From: a virus | Lineage: Duplodnaviria; Caudoviricetes | Virus record (IMG/VR): IMGVR_UViG_3300049844_000180 | Span: 1 to 38,527 of that record | Direction: 5' to 3' (one strand) | Length of the DNA: 38,527 bases | Shown here: positions 1 through 8,224 of the stretch, one piece after another | Numbering within the stretch: the first letter of the stretch is position 1 | How the letters are laid out: each line of letters opens with the position of its first letter | The notes under the pieces: model-generated | What the model was told of the DNA's origin: nothing | Databases searched by the model: none | The model's input: the letters and a program-made list of their open reading frames with translations, nothing else | Translations under genes and position numbers: made by a program

Positions 1-49
1 GCCGTCCTCAATCAATACCATATTTATCGCCGATCTTTAAGCCCTTTCT

Positions 50-148
50 TTATCTCTTTTTCTTTCGCCACCAAAGATCGAAACAAACTCTCTTAACCCC
101 GATTGCCCAAAGAAAAACCAATAGCAACCCCAACAAGAGCTCAATCAT
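50..148 (-). CDS. Small membrane peptide (32 aa, MIELLLGLLLVFLWAIGVKRVCFDLWWRKKKR)
   Basis: Translated by hand; ATG overlaps the upstream stop (ATGA at 145-148); one hydrophobic helix followed by a basic tail. Confidence 0.55.
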   Translation of the reverse strand: MIELLLGLLLVFLWAIGVKRVCFDLWWRKKKR

Positions 149-630
149 TTGTTGTACTCGCAATGCTGAAAGATGATATTTGCAATGTTTCTTGAGAGGG
201 CATCAAGATCGATAAAGTCATAATCGGGCTTAATACTATTAAACCGACTAACAAAAGCGCATCCCATCTCCCCACACGCACCCTCTTTCTTGGGAGTATT
301 CCAAGAAAGAATTACAGGTAATGCTTTTGAGTCATCGGCAGGGGCAATGATTTCATTTAAAATCTTGGATAAATCATTGTAGTTAGTTTTGAAAAAATCA
401 AATTGATCAATCTTATCACCCATGACTTGCCTGAATTTTATGACAAATTCAAAGAGGCCTAGACTAAGGTTTTCAGGAAAGTCATAAGGCGATTGCTTTA
501 CGGCCCAATAAGCAAGGGCCCCGACAACTTCACTAACCGAGATATAAAAAATTGTATCTTGATCCCATGCCGGAAAGTTAATTACTTTTTTTCGAGCACC
601 AACTTTCCCGCCCTTTTTGAATGGCCACAT
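145..630 (-). CDS. Hypothetical phage protein (161 aa)
   Basis: ORF in tightly packed minus-strand operon. Confidence 0.7.
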   Translation of the reverse strand: MWPFKKGGKVGARKKVINFPAWDQDTIFYISVSEVVGALAYWAVKQSPYDFPENLSLGLFEFVIKFRQVMGDKIDQFDFFKTNYNDLSKILNEIIAPADDSKALPVILSWNTPKKEGACGEMGCAFVSRFNSIKPDYDFIDLDALSRNIANIIFQHCEYNK

Positions 631-633
631 AAT

Positions 634-1026
634 TTACTTTACCCCTGGAATAGCTTGAGGCTTTTCTCTTTTCACTTTTTCGATATGCTCATGGATCTCA
701 TGAGTGGTCATTGCTCTTGCGGTAAGGAGCTCTCCCTCATAGTAATACTTAACTTCATTGTTCTTATAATTGTACTCTGCTTTCACGGCGACCTTGCGTG
801 GCTCCTCACCATCTCTGATAAAACACATCACTGTTCTTATATCTCTTTTTTTATTATCGATCTTACCTTTCCAATGTTTTTTCTCGTAGGTAAATTTGTC
901 CTCGAGATCGGCGAGATCCGTTGTCATTGAAGAAACCTTAATGCCAAAGTCGGCGATCTCCTCTCTCGTAAGTTTAAACGGGTGAGTGATTTCAGTGTCA
1001 ATTATTTCTACATCGTTAACGCTCAT
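634..1026 (-). CDS. Hypothetical phage protein with coiled coil (130 aa)
   Basis: ATGA-coupled to upstream gene; long helical segment followed by a short beta-rich C-terminus. Confidence 0.75.
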   Translation of the reverse strand: MSVNDVEIIDTEITHPFKLTREEIADFGIKVSSMTTDLADLEDKFTYEKKHWKGKIDNKKRDIRTVMCFIRDGEEPRKVAVKAEYNYKNNEVKYYYEGELLTARAMTTHEIHEHIEKVKREKPQAIPGVK

Positions 1027-1241
1027 TGAAAATCCTTTACTAAAGTTGAGTAGTTTTTTAAGCAGATATCAAAACTCATTCGATCGATCTCATTGGCAGT
1101 TAAACTTTGAGATACCGACCGGTCGTAATACTCCCAGGATTGGGCGGCAATACAATTCTCGAAACGTAGTTTGCATTCATCCTGGGTGAAATCGTTTTGG
1201 TATGTGCAAACAAGTAGGATAAAACTTATGATCTCGCTCAT
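1023..1241 (-). CDS. Hypothetical protein, hydrophobic N-terminus, 4 Cys (72 aa)
   Basis: Fills the operon gap and overlaps the next gene by ATGA. Confidence 0.6.
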   Translation of the reverse strand: MSEIISFILLVCTYQNDFTQDECKLRFENCIAAQSWEYYDRSVSQSLTANEIDRMSFDICLKNYSTLVKDFQ

Positions 1242-1243
1242 GG

Positions 1244-1615
1244 TTACTTAATCCCAAGCTTGTCGGCAAGGTTGATGATCGTATTCCTACCGTTAGGATC
1301 GTTAAGAAAGCCACCAAAGCCCGAGAATAGCATTTTGATAATCTCATGGTTAGTTTGGGTGAGCTCGCACTCGACCTCTTGCATACCGTACTCATTGGCC
1401 TTTGTTTGATCCATTTGAGCAGGTTGTTCGGGGATAAGGGCATCGATAACCTTTGCGGTTTTGTCGATTAACCGGATATCTTTAATACCATACCCTCTAT
1501 TCGTACGGGTGTTGAGTACGTCACGAAGTAGTAAGAGCTCAACTACTAGAAACTTAAATTTACCATCAAACATTTTTTCATTCCCCTTTTTCATGTTTAA
1601 AACATCGGCGTTCAT
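1244..1615 (-). CDS. Hypothetical phage protein (123 aa)
   Basis: AAGGA Shine-Dalgarno (SD) upstream; operon packing. Confidence 0.7.
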   Translation of the reverse strand: MNADVLNMKKGNEKMFDGKFKFLVVELLLLRDVLNTRTNRGYGIKDIRLIDKTAKVIDALIPEQPAQMDQTKANEYGMQEVECELTQTNHEIIKMLFSGFGGFLNDPNGRNTIINLADKLGIK

Positions 1616-1633
1616 TTTCGATCCTTTAATTTA

Positions 1634-1837
1634 TTATGAGATAAGTTTATCAATAAAGTTTTGTGCGGCCTCGTTTGCTATCCTTTCAATATCCTCGTCG
1701 TTCACGTATTCGGTTGTTGAAACATTATTCTTTTCGCAAGAATCAATGAAATATTTTGCTATTGTATCAATCCATACTTTTCGATACCCGGAATCATTTC
1801 GCAAATTAGCTAATAACTCTCTCCTAACTAAGATCAT
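1634..1837 (-). CDS. Hypothetical phage protein (67 aa)
   Basis: ATGA overlap with upstream ORF; GGAGAGAGG upstream. Confidence 0.65.
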   Translation of the reverse strand: MILVRRELLANLRNDSGYRKVWIDTIAKYFIDSCEKNNVSTTEYVNDEDIERIANEAAQNFIDKLIS

Positions 1838-2115
1838 TTCAAAACCCTCTCTCCCTGGGCGTTAAACATCGGCAAGTCGTCCGTTGACTTTGGTTTACTC
1901 ACTGGTTGCAAATTTGCGGAGTGCTCAAGAATCTCAAGCCTCTTTTGGAAAATAATATTGAGTTTGTTTTGCAAGTCGATTGTTGACTCTATTTTTGAGA
2001 TATACCAAAGGCAAAAGAGATCGCCCTTGGTTAGCTTATCCTCGGGATATCTTTTTTTGAAATCTTGTAATTTATCGTTAAACCTTTCTTTGATCTCCTC
2101 TAGTTTGTCGGTCAT
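1834..2115 (-). CDS. Hypothetical phage protein (93 aa)
   Basis: ATGA overlap; GAGG SD. Confidence 0.7.
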   Translation of the reverse strand: MTDKLEEIKERFNDKLQDFKKRYPEDKLTKGDLFCLWYISKIESTIDLQNKLNIIFQKRLEILEHSANLQPVSKPKSTDDLPMFNAQGERVLK

Positions 2116-2372
2116 ACTACCGCCTCACCGATCGCATCGGTCTTTTGATCCTGGGGAGGTAGCTCAAGAGATTTGTTGGGCTTAAATCGTTTGAGGGTTT
2201 TTCTGATAAACAATACTCGATCGTTTAACATTTCCAATTCCATTTCAAGGCCCTTAACGGTTGCCTCTACGCCGGCATTTAAAACATTCTCTACAATATG
2301 CTCAAGCCAATCCGCTCTCCTGTTTGAGGTTGCTATTTGGTTGGCCATTCTTTCATTCGTTTCATTGGTCAT
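2112..2372 (-). CDS. Hypothetical coiled-coil protein (86 aa)
   Basis: GAGG SD; starts 1 nt after the upstream stop. Confidence 0.7.
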   Translation of the reverse strand: MTNETNERMANQIATSNRRADWLEHIVENVLNAGVEATVKGLEMELEMLNDRVLFIRKTLKRFKPNKSLELPPQDQKTDAIGEAVV

Positions 2373-2373
2373 G

Positions 2374-2835
2374 TTAACCCTCGTACTCGTTTTGAAATGT
2401 GAATATTGAAAACTTAAATCCTAATTTATCCATACAGTCGGAAACTGAAAACGTGAAAAATGCTTTGTTGCCGGTACGATCTCTCACGTCCTCGAGGAAA
2501 CGGATTTGCTCTTGTAAGTGCGACTCACGTTTGTTCTTTGGAATGCAATCACGGAGGCGGTCGTAATGTTTCATTACAAATTTATATTCGGCCTCTGTTT
2601 TAATCTCGATCCATGCCGAGGTTGATTTATACAAGAAAACAATATCGGCAACACCTCGAGGACAAAACCGATTTGATTGGCGAATGGGCACTTCGCGCCC
2701 GTTGATAACTCTGATTATAGGGTTATTACGAAAGCGAAGTACCCGCCCGCCGGGGAGGGATTCAAGCGCCATCATGACCGCGCTTTGAATATTTGTCTCT
2801 GATAATTTATGTTGATAAAGCTTCTTGTTATTCAT
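2374..2835 (-). CDS. VRR-NUC / Holliday-junction-resolvase-like PD-(D/E)xK nuclease
   Basis: Motifs SETNIQ, RGVADIV, WIEIKT and EQIRFLE match the VRR-NUC pattern (E..IQ, G..D, EVK, Q..F). Confidence 0.8.
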   Translation of the reverse strand: MNNKKLYQHKLSETNIQSAVMMALESLPGGRVLRFRNNPIIRVINGREVPIRQSNRFCPRGVADIVFLYKSTSAWIEIKTEAEYKFVMKHYDRLRDCIPKNKRESHLQEQIRFLEDVRDRTGNKAFFTFSVSDCMDKLGFKFSIFTFQNEYEG

Positions 2836-3400
2836 TCGACGAATTTATCATTCGATTCTCATAAACGTCAATCAATGATTTATCAATCGCAGAAAACAAT
2901 TTTTGCATCCCTCTTGTTTGATATTCCGGCAATGATTTAGTTGGTGTGACTTTTCTTTCTTTCATCGCAAGCACCGTTTTGCAAATATCTCTCAACTGAG
3001 CTCGCACGGTCGGGAGTGCATCGATCTCCGTTGCACATAAAGTATTCCATCCTCCAAATCTTTCAATTGCAAATGTTGCCTCGGGGCCTAAGCTTACGCA
3101 TACCTCTGCAAAATTAGCGTACCCAAATTGCCTAATGGCATCCAATATTGCGCCCGCCATTTCGTTAGCTTGATCCTTAGGATCCTCTATTGGTGTTACC
3201 ATCCTCCTAATCTGTGCAACCATTGGAAAACGATCAAAGGTTTTTATGCTTTGGCGAACAACTTTTATCACTTCATGGAAAGGCAAGTCCTCAAGATTTT
3301 CAACGTAAGCAATTGCAACCTCGGTTTTTAACTCACGGTCAAAAAGGCTGGCCATGATTACGATCTCTTTGAATAGTTTTTCTTTTTCCTCAACTTTCAT
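2828..3400 (-). CDS. Replicative helicase loader/inhibitor-like protein (G39P/DUF6475-like)
   Basis: Directly follows the initiator; L.DLP..EV...V...I.T.DRFP.VA.IR and IERFGGW motifs are typical of this position in phages. Confidence 0.65.
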   Translation of the reverse strand: MKVEEKEKLFKEIVIMASLFDRELKTEVAIAYVENLEDLPFHEVIKVVRQSIKTFDRFPMVAQIRRMVTPIEDPKDQANEMAGAILDAIRQFGYANFAEVCVSLGPEATFAIERFGGWNTLCATEIDALPTVRAQLRDICKTVLAMKERKVTPTKSLPEYQTRGMQKLFSAIDKSLIDVYENRMINSSNE

Positions 3401-4407
3401 TTGTTCGCCTCCCTCATAGCAGTATAAGGATTTTCATTAAAGGTTTTCGAATTGTTTATTTCAACGCGTGAATATTTTTGCGCTTTTGATTTAAAATAAT
3501 TTCCCTCCAAAACTTTAACAATGCTACTTGGTTTTATGGCCCAATCAAAAGATGCCGTCCAATTGCCCCCTGTAAGGCCCAGGAGAAACTCGGAATTATA
3601 AAGGCTACCAAAGTATGCCTCCCACTCTCCGAGCTCTTTAAAATGGCTCTTACTCGATTCCTGTATGGCTTTAATCCTCTTAGGGTTGAGACCCATGGCC
3701 TTAGGGAGGAGATTATTTTTTGTCTCGTTTACTTTATTCCATAGCAGCATGACTTCGTATTCTTGAGTTACAACCTCGGGCGGTTTCCTTTTTGGTTTCG
3801 GAGGGGTTGAATCTTGCGGAGTATCAGGAGGATGATTTTCATCAATCGACGTATATGTATTATTTAATAGTTTATTATCTGTTTGTTTATATCTGCTGTT
3901 TATATCTGGTATTGGTCTGCCCGTAGGGGCAGATGGTGTGCCCGTGGAGGCAGATGCATCTGCCCCTAGGGGCAGATCGATGTGCCCGTAGGGGCAGATC
4001 GGAGTTTCCTGATATTCATCAACCTTTGTCCAATCCTCGTTAATAGAGTACCAAAATGTTCGGTCAAGTTTTAACTTATTAAATTGCCCGGTTATTAGCT
4101 TGCCGGCGCCAACCAATTTCTCAACTGCATTGCGAATTTCTTTATAAGATAAGTAGGGCAATATTTTTTGGAATGCCGGGTATGAGTTAAACGTCCATAC
4201 CCTCCCCTCTTTAACATGAAAGATTCCGTGCTTTGGATTTGTCTCGTATTCAAGTTTATTTTTTTGGATCCAAAATCTTATATTATAGAGAATGATGGCG
4301 GCGTTTATGCCGAATTGAATTGCATCGTCTACATCAAATGAATGAGTTTTAAAAACTAATTTATTTGAGGTTGCATTTAACGTTTTATCTGATAAATTTT
4401 CACTCAT
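3397..4407 (-). CDS. Phage replication initiator protein (lambda O-like)
   Basis: N-terminal winged-HTH-like region (AIQFGINAAIILYNIRFW...WTFNS), low-complexity linker containing iterons, C-terminal W.ASFDW..K....KVLEGNY; start set at the ATG after GGGAGG. Confidence 0.85.
   Translation of the reverse strand: MSENLSDKTLNATSNKLVFKTHSFDVDDAIQFGINAAIILYNIRFWIQKNKLEYETNPKHGIFHVKEGRVWTFNSYPAFQKILPYLSYKEIRNAVEKLVGAGKLITGQFNKLKLDRTFWYSINEDWTKVDEYQETPICPYGHIDLPLGADASASTGTPSAPTGRPIPDINSRYKQTDNKLLNNTYTSIDENHPPDTPQDSTPPKPKRKPPEVVTQEYEVMLLWNKVNETKNNLLPKAMGLNPKRIKAIQESSKSHFKELGEWEAYFGSLYNSEFLLGLTGGNWTASFDWAIKPSSIVKVLEGNYFKSKAQKYSRVEINNSKTFNENPYTAMREANK
3851..3999. repeat. Replication origin: four 17-bp iterons plus adjacent AT-rich unwinding region
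   Basis: TGCCCGTAGGGGCAGAT-type repeats at 3918, 3939, 3961 and 3983 (spacing 21/22/22 bp); AT-rich tract 3851-3912 with GTTTATATCTG repeats. Confidence 0.85.
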
Positions 4408-4443
4408 TGATTTCCCTCCCATTTAATGAGTGTGCGGGGGAAT

Positions 4444-4475
4444 TAGGCCCTAATCCCTCCAAGAATTAGGGCCTA
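4444..4475. promoter_or_regulatory. 11-bp perfect inverted repeat upstream of the initiator gene
   Basis: TAGGCCCTAAT-N10-ATTAGGGCCTA; no clear U-tract on the coding strand. Confidence 0.5.
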
Positions 4476-4486
4476 TATTAAAACTA

Positions 4487-5296
4487 TTATTCGGGCTTTT
4501 CTACTTTAAACTTCGCATTCAAATCCTCGGTTTTTTCGGATGATTTAACGCTCTCGAATTTAAACCAATCCTCTCGCCTACTCATGCCATCGCGTAATGA
4601 AATATAAATCTTTTGTAGATTGACCATTTCAGTTTCAATTGTTACCTCAAGTTTATGACCTAATCTCTCCTCAAGCATTTCGGGGGTAACCCCGATTTCC
4701 TTAAATGCGATGGCCATCTTTTCAATGCGTTTACCAATTGTCTCACCACTCCCCTTTTCAAGCGTGGCCTGGCAAGTATCAATGGCATCCTCAACCACAT
4801 CGGTAGGGATCACTCCCAGGATGCACGCTCTTAAACGTCGGGCCCCAAAGTTTGCAATGTGCTCATAAATCTCTCTCGGATCATTTATTTTATCGATTTT
4901 TCCACGGGCCTTGCGCTCGTATTTAACTCGAAACACTTTCGTTTGTCGGGTGTTGGTTTCCATATCCCAACAATAGGCCTCAACAACACTCTCGCCGTCC
5001 TCCTGGGAGAGCTCTCTTATTCCGAAATCGATATTACCCCAATTTTGAGCGAGCAATTCAGCTAATCGAATCGATGCCCCGGTAACCATTTGACCGCCTT
5101 TAGGATAAGCAAACATGGCAACCTCTGCAAGTCGATGGCGCTGGCAGGCCTCTTTAATATTGATGATCGCCTTCGATACTTTACGAGGAAAGTTTTTTGC
5201 CACGATGATTGCCGCTTGGATTTCCTGGGATGCTTTGATGGCCTCTCTTGGTGAGCTCGGTGAGATGTTTAAATCTGATTTAACAAGATCGTTCAT
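4487..5296 (-). CDS. Probable ssDNA-annealing protein / recombinase partner of the exonuclease
   Basis: Adjacent to the RecE-like gene; A..FPR, Y..GG..V.G.SIRLAE..A..WGN motif; GGAGGT SD before ATG 5296; function inferred from position. Confidence 0.6.
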   Translation of the reverse strand: MNDLVKSDLNISPSSPREAIKASQEIQAAIIVAKNFPRKVSKAIINIKEACQRHRLAEVAMFAYPKGGQMVTGASIRLAELLAQNWGNIDFGIRELSQEDGESVVEAYCWDMETNTRQTKVFRVKYERKARGKIDKINDPREIYEHIANFGARRLRACILGVIPTDVVEDAIDTCQATLEKGSGETIGKRIEKMAIAFKEIGVTPEMLEERLGHKLEVTIETEMVNLQKIYISLRDGMSRREDWFKFESVKSSEKTEDLNAKFKVEKPE

Positions 5297-5406
5297 TGAA
5301 TACCTCCACAATAAAAAAAATATTATTAGGGGTAAACAATATCAAGATTGATAAATGATTGAAATATTTATTTACGATATTTATGATTGATTAAATGAGG
5401 ATGGAA

Positions 5407-6306
5407 TTAAGCGCGATCACCAATAGAAAATCCAAATGCGGCCATATCGATTTCCTGAATTTCAATTGGGTATCCAAAGCGATTATCTTTGTTTGAGGAG
5501 AAAAATTTATCTAAGTCCTCTTCACGGAGTTTTGCTCCGGCCTCAAGCACGGCCTCATTAACGTTGTAAATGGCGATACAATACGGCGGTACTTTTTCAA
5601 CTACGATGAAAAGAAACGATTCGTATCTCCTCCCAGTAGCGGCACTCGCCCCCATGAGATAATGGGCCGCTTGCTTATCGTAAGACCAGGTGACTATATC
5701 TTTGCGAAAGACGTTAAAACTCCCATCGCTTGAGGTTTTTAAATCTGCGAGTATGCCATCTTTCCTCATAATATCTGGTCGGCACTTGCAAAGAATGTTT
5801 GTTTTTTTATCTCGCCAAAAAATTGTTTGCTCACATTTCGCACCATCCATAATTTGAGATGCAATTGGATGGGCCAAGAATTGATCTCTCATTGAGTGCA
5901 AGGCCTCCCACTCATCCTCTTTGAATAGGTGCCGTTTATCCTCAACAACTGGTTGCTCCTCGATCACCTCCTCAACTACTGGCATTTCGGCGAGCTCTTT
6001 CTTGGTTTTCTTTTTCTCTTTTGGTTTCTTTTCCTTTTCCTCTTTCACTCCCCACTTGGTAGGAAATAAATCAGGGAGGAGGATAAGGTCATGGAATGCA
6101 CTCCCAAAGAGTAACGCCGGGGTTGGTGCTTTCTTTGGATATTGGCCTTTTGCGAGCCAATGGCGATAGGATTGCCGGATTAAATCAAGGTCACTTTTTG
6201 ATATCCCAGGGCAATCGGGATGATGGTAAACCTCGTTTGGAATGTTGTCGTAAACTCCCTCGAGTTGGTGATCCTCGGCGAGCTTTTGTAACTCTTGTAA
6301 TTGCAT
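5407..6306 (-). CDS. RecE/exonuclease VIII-like PD-(D/E)xK exonuclease (DUF3799 type)
   Basis: YH...GISKSDL, FGSAFH.L.L.P, CKCRPD, DLKTS, Y.KQAAHY and F.FIVVEK.PPY motifs. Confidence 0.88.
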   Translation of the reverse strand: MQLQELQKLAEDHQLEGVYDNIPNEVYHHPDCPGISKSDLDLIRQSYRHWLAKGQYPKKAPTPALLFGSAFHDLILLPDLFPTKWGVKEEKEKKPKEKKKTKKELAEMPVVEEVIEEQPVVEDKRHLFKEDEWEALHSMRDQFLAHPIASQIMDGAKCEQTIFWRDKKTNILCKCRPDIMRKDGILADLKTSSDGSFNVFRKDIVTWSYDKQAAHYLMGASAATGRRYESFLFIVVEKVPPYCIAIYNVNEAVLEAGAKLREEDLDKFFSSNKDNRFGYPIEIQEIDMAAFGFSIGDRA

Positions 6307-6329
6307 TTGAATCCTCTCCTTTGAATGGG

Positions 6330-6548
6330 TTATTGAATTGATTTGAAATCATCAAACACTTGATTTATAAAATTGACCTCTTCGCTTGAGAGTGCATCCT
6401 CTCCCAAGTGATTTAATCGATATGATAAATCTGTGAATGTGTTGATTGTGGCAAGATCAAAATAGGCGCACGTTTCATCGCCAATTATTTCTTGCATGAT
6501 GGCATCGAGTTTCCCGGCGATCGCCGAGAGAAAAATCACCTCTCCCAT
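6330..6548 (-). CDS. Hypothetical protein, first gene of the leftward early operon (72 aa)
   Basis: GGGAGGG SD before ATG 6548. Confidence 0.6.
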   Translation of the reverse strand: MGEVIFLSAIAGKLDAIMQEIIGDETCAYFDLATINTFTDLSYRLNHLGEDALSSEEVNFINQVFDDFKSIQ

Positions 6549-6599
6549 AAATCCCTCCCTTTTCGCGTGAATCCCCCCACGCGATTTCAATAAATTAGC

Positions 6600-6690
6600 G
6601 CACTCTTTATTTTAAGTAAACATGATAATAATTATCTAAATCATTTACTTACCTTGCTTATTGTACAATATGATATGATTTTATTTTAAC
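6600..6690. promoter_or_regulatory. Divergent promoter/operator region
   Basis: AT-rich gap between divergent genes; extended -10 TGATATGAT at 6671-6679 (+); inverted AAGTAAA...TTTACTT at 6614-6650. Confidence 0.5.
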
Positions 6691-6728
6691 CCCAGGGCCC
6701 AAGGCCCAAAAACAAAGGACGAATTTTT

Positions 6729-7166
6729 ATGGCCAAGAAACGAAACTACGAGAGAGCTACCCCCTCACACTATTTATTGTTGCACGATATTAAAACTAGG
6801 CAACAATTTTATTGCATCTCTTGCCAGGGAGAGGATTATGCGAAGGCAATGAAGGGGGCGCTTTATCGCCTCTTTCATTACAAGCTTAAGAAAGATTGGT
6901 TTACCTTTGAGGTAATCACTAAGGACGCCCTGGATGCCCGTAATTCGCCTAATAACTTGCCCCAGGAGAGCACCCCTGCTGTTACCCCTAAAGAGAAAAT
7001 CACGCCCAAGGAGGCCTTTCCTAAGGTCTCTAAAGAGGTATCCGAAGGCATGGATCTCGAGGCAAGGATTATGAGTGCCATGGCAAAAGTATTAATCCCA
7101 GCGATTGATAAGGCGGTAAGTGCAAAGATGGATGAGCTCACTCCAAAAAAGAAAGCGAGAGGTTAG
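6729..7166 (+). CDS. Hypothetical protein (N-terminal domain, Pro/Thr linker, C-terminal amphipathic helix)
   Basis: AAGGA SD; 145-aa ORF. Confidence 0.75.
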   Translation: MAKKRNYERATPSHYLLLHDIKTRQQFYCISCQGEDYAKAMKGALYRLFHYKLKKDWFTFEVITKDALDARNSPNNLPQESTPAVTPKEKITPKEAFPKVSKEVSEGMDLEARIMSAMAKVLIPAIDKAVSAKMDELTPKKKARG

Positions 7167-7167
7167 T

Positions 7168-7389
7168 ATGATCCAATATGCAATTTATTTTAATCCCAAT
7201 GATACGCGAGCGGTGCCTCATCCATACACTGTGCAACCATTATTAATCGCTGATGGTAAAGTTTGGAGGGGAGATCATTGGACTATTTACGAAACCATTG
7301 AGGAGGCAAGAGAGGCAATACCGGAGGGAATGGTAAAGTTTATTCCATCTCCCATGGACGATCCTTGCCTCGTAGAGACGTGGATTTAA
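7168..7389 (+). CDS. Hypothetical protein (73 aa)
   Basis: GAGG SD; ATG 1 nt after the upstream TAG. Confidence 0.65.
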   Translation: MIQYAIYFNPNDTRAVPHPYTVQPLLIADGKVWRGDHWTIYETIEEAREAIPEGMVKFIPSPMDDPCLVETWI

Positions 7390-7595
7390 TCGCTCACCTC
7401 AACTAATTCTTTTTCAGTCGGTCGATAATTCAAACAACAATATCTAATCCAACCACTAAGGTTTCCTAAGCAATACTTCTTTGCATCCAACCTCAATCTC
7501 GCAAGATCATCCTCGGGAATTGTGAAGTTAACTAATGTAAATTTTTTCTTTTCTTTCGCCATCGACTTCAAAACTATTTTCTTTTCCCTTGCCAT
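7386..7595 (-). CDS. Ribbon-helix-helix (CopG/Arc-like) DNA-binding protein
   Basis: Strand LVNFTIP, helix EDDLARLRLDAKK, then NLSGWIR helix; GAGGAG SD. Confidence 0.7.
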   Translation of the reverse strand: MAREKKIVLKSMAKEKKKFTLVNFTIPEDDLARLRLDAKKYCLGNLSGWIRYCCLNYRPTEKELVEVSD

Positions 7596-7714
7596 TTATT
7601 TACTCCTCTTATTTATGATGAGTAAATATAATTTGCCGGGTTTACTTTTGCAATAGTTAGCGAGATGATTATTCGCATTTAACCAAATTAATCAAATAAA
7701 AAGGAGAGTTGTTT

Positions 7715-8188
7715 ATGGGCCCTATTATTTCAGTCGGGGAGTTTAATGGATTTAATACAAGAGAAAAAGAGATCGCAAAACAAGGTCTAATCATTTTGGA
7801 GAATGCGCTTAATGATCAAACATTCCATGATTTAATATTAGGCGCTACTTTCACGAGCACTACCAAAACAAATAAAGAGATCCTTAATCGATTGTTGTCT
7901 GGTAGCGATGATATGGATGCGAGATTAGATGGTATCATCAATCTTAATTTCTCAATGTATTATCGATGGTTGAGCAAGGTAATTGGGTGGGTTTCCCCTG
8001 GGGAAAGAATGATTCATGTAAATCGAAAGTATTTCGGAGACCCAATTGATTTCGCCTCGAATGCCCTACATGAGTACGCTCACATGATTGGCTTTGATCA
8101 TAAGAACGCTCGTGACTTTGGTAGCGTGCCTTACAAATTAAATTCTTTGTTTACAATTTGGTGTGAAAGGAATGGTTATTTTAAATGA
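7715..8188 (+). CDS. Zinc metallopeptidase (metzincin-type motif)
   Basis: HEYAHMIGFDH = HExxHxxGxxH; AAGGAG SD 8 nt before ATG 7715; no signal peptide. Confidence 0.8.
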   Translation: MGPIISVGEFNGFNTREKEIAKQGLIILENALNDQTFHDLILGATFTSTTKTNKEILNRLLSGSDDMDARLDGIINLNFSMYYRWLSKVIGWVSPGERMIHVNRKYFGDPIDFASNALHEYAHMIGFDHKNARDFGSVPYKLNSLFTIWCERNGYFK

Positions 8189-8224
8189 CGATGGATTAAC
8201 GTCCTATAGCACCACCGCCATCCC

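Noticed and set aside
3918-3999. Palindromic repeats as a mini CRISPR array
   Set aside because: Spacers are only 4-5 bp, the repeats lie in frame within the initiator gene and there are no cas genes; they fit iterons
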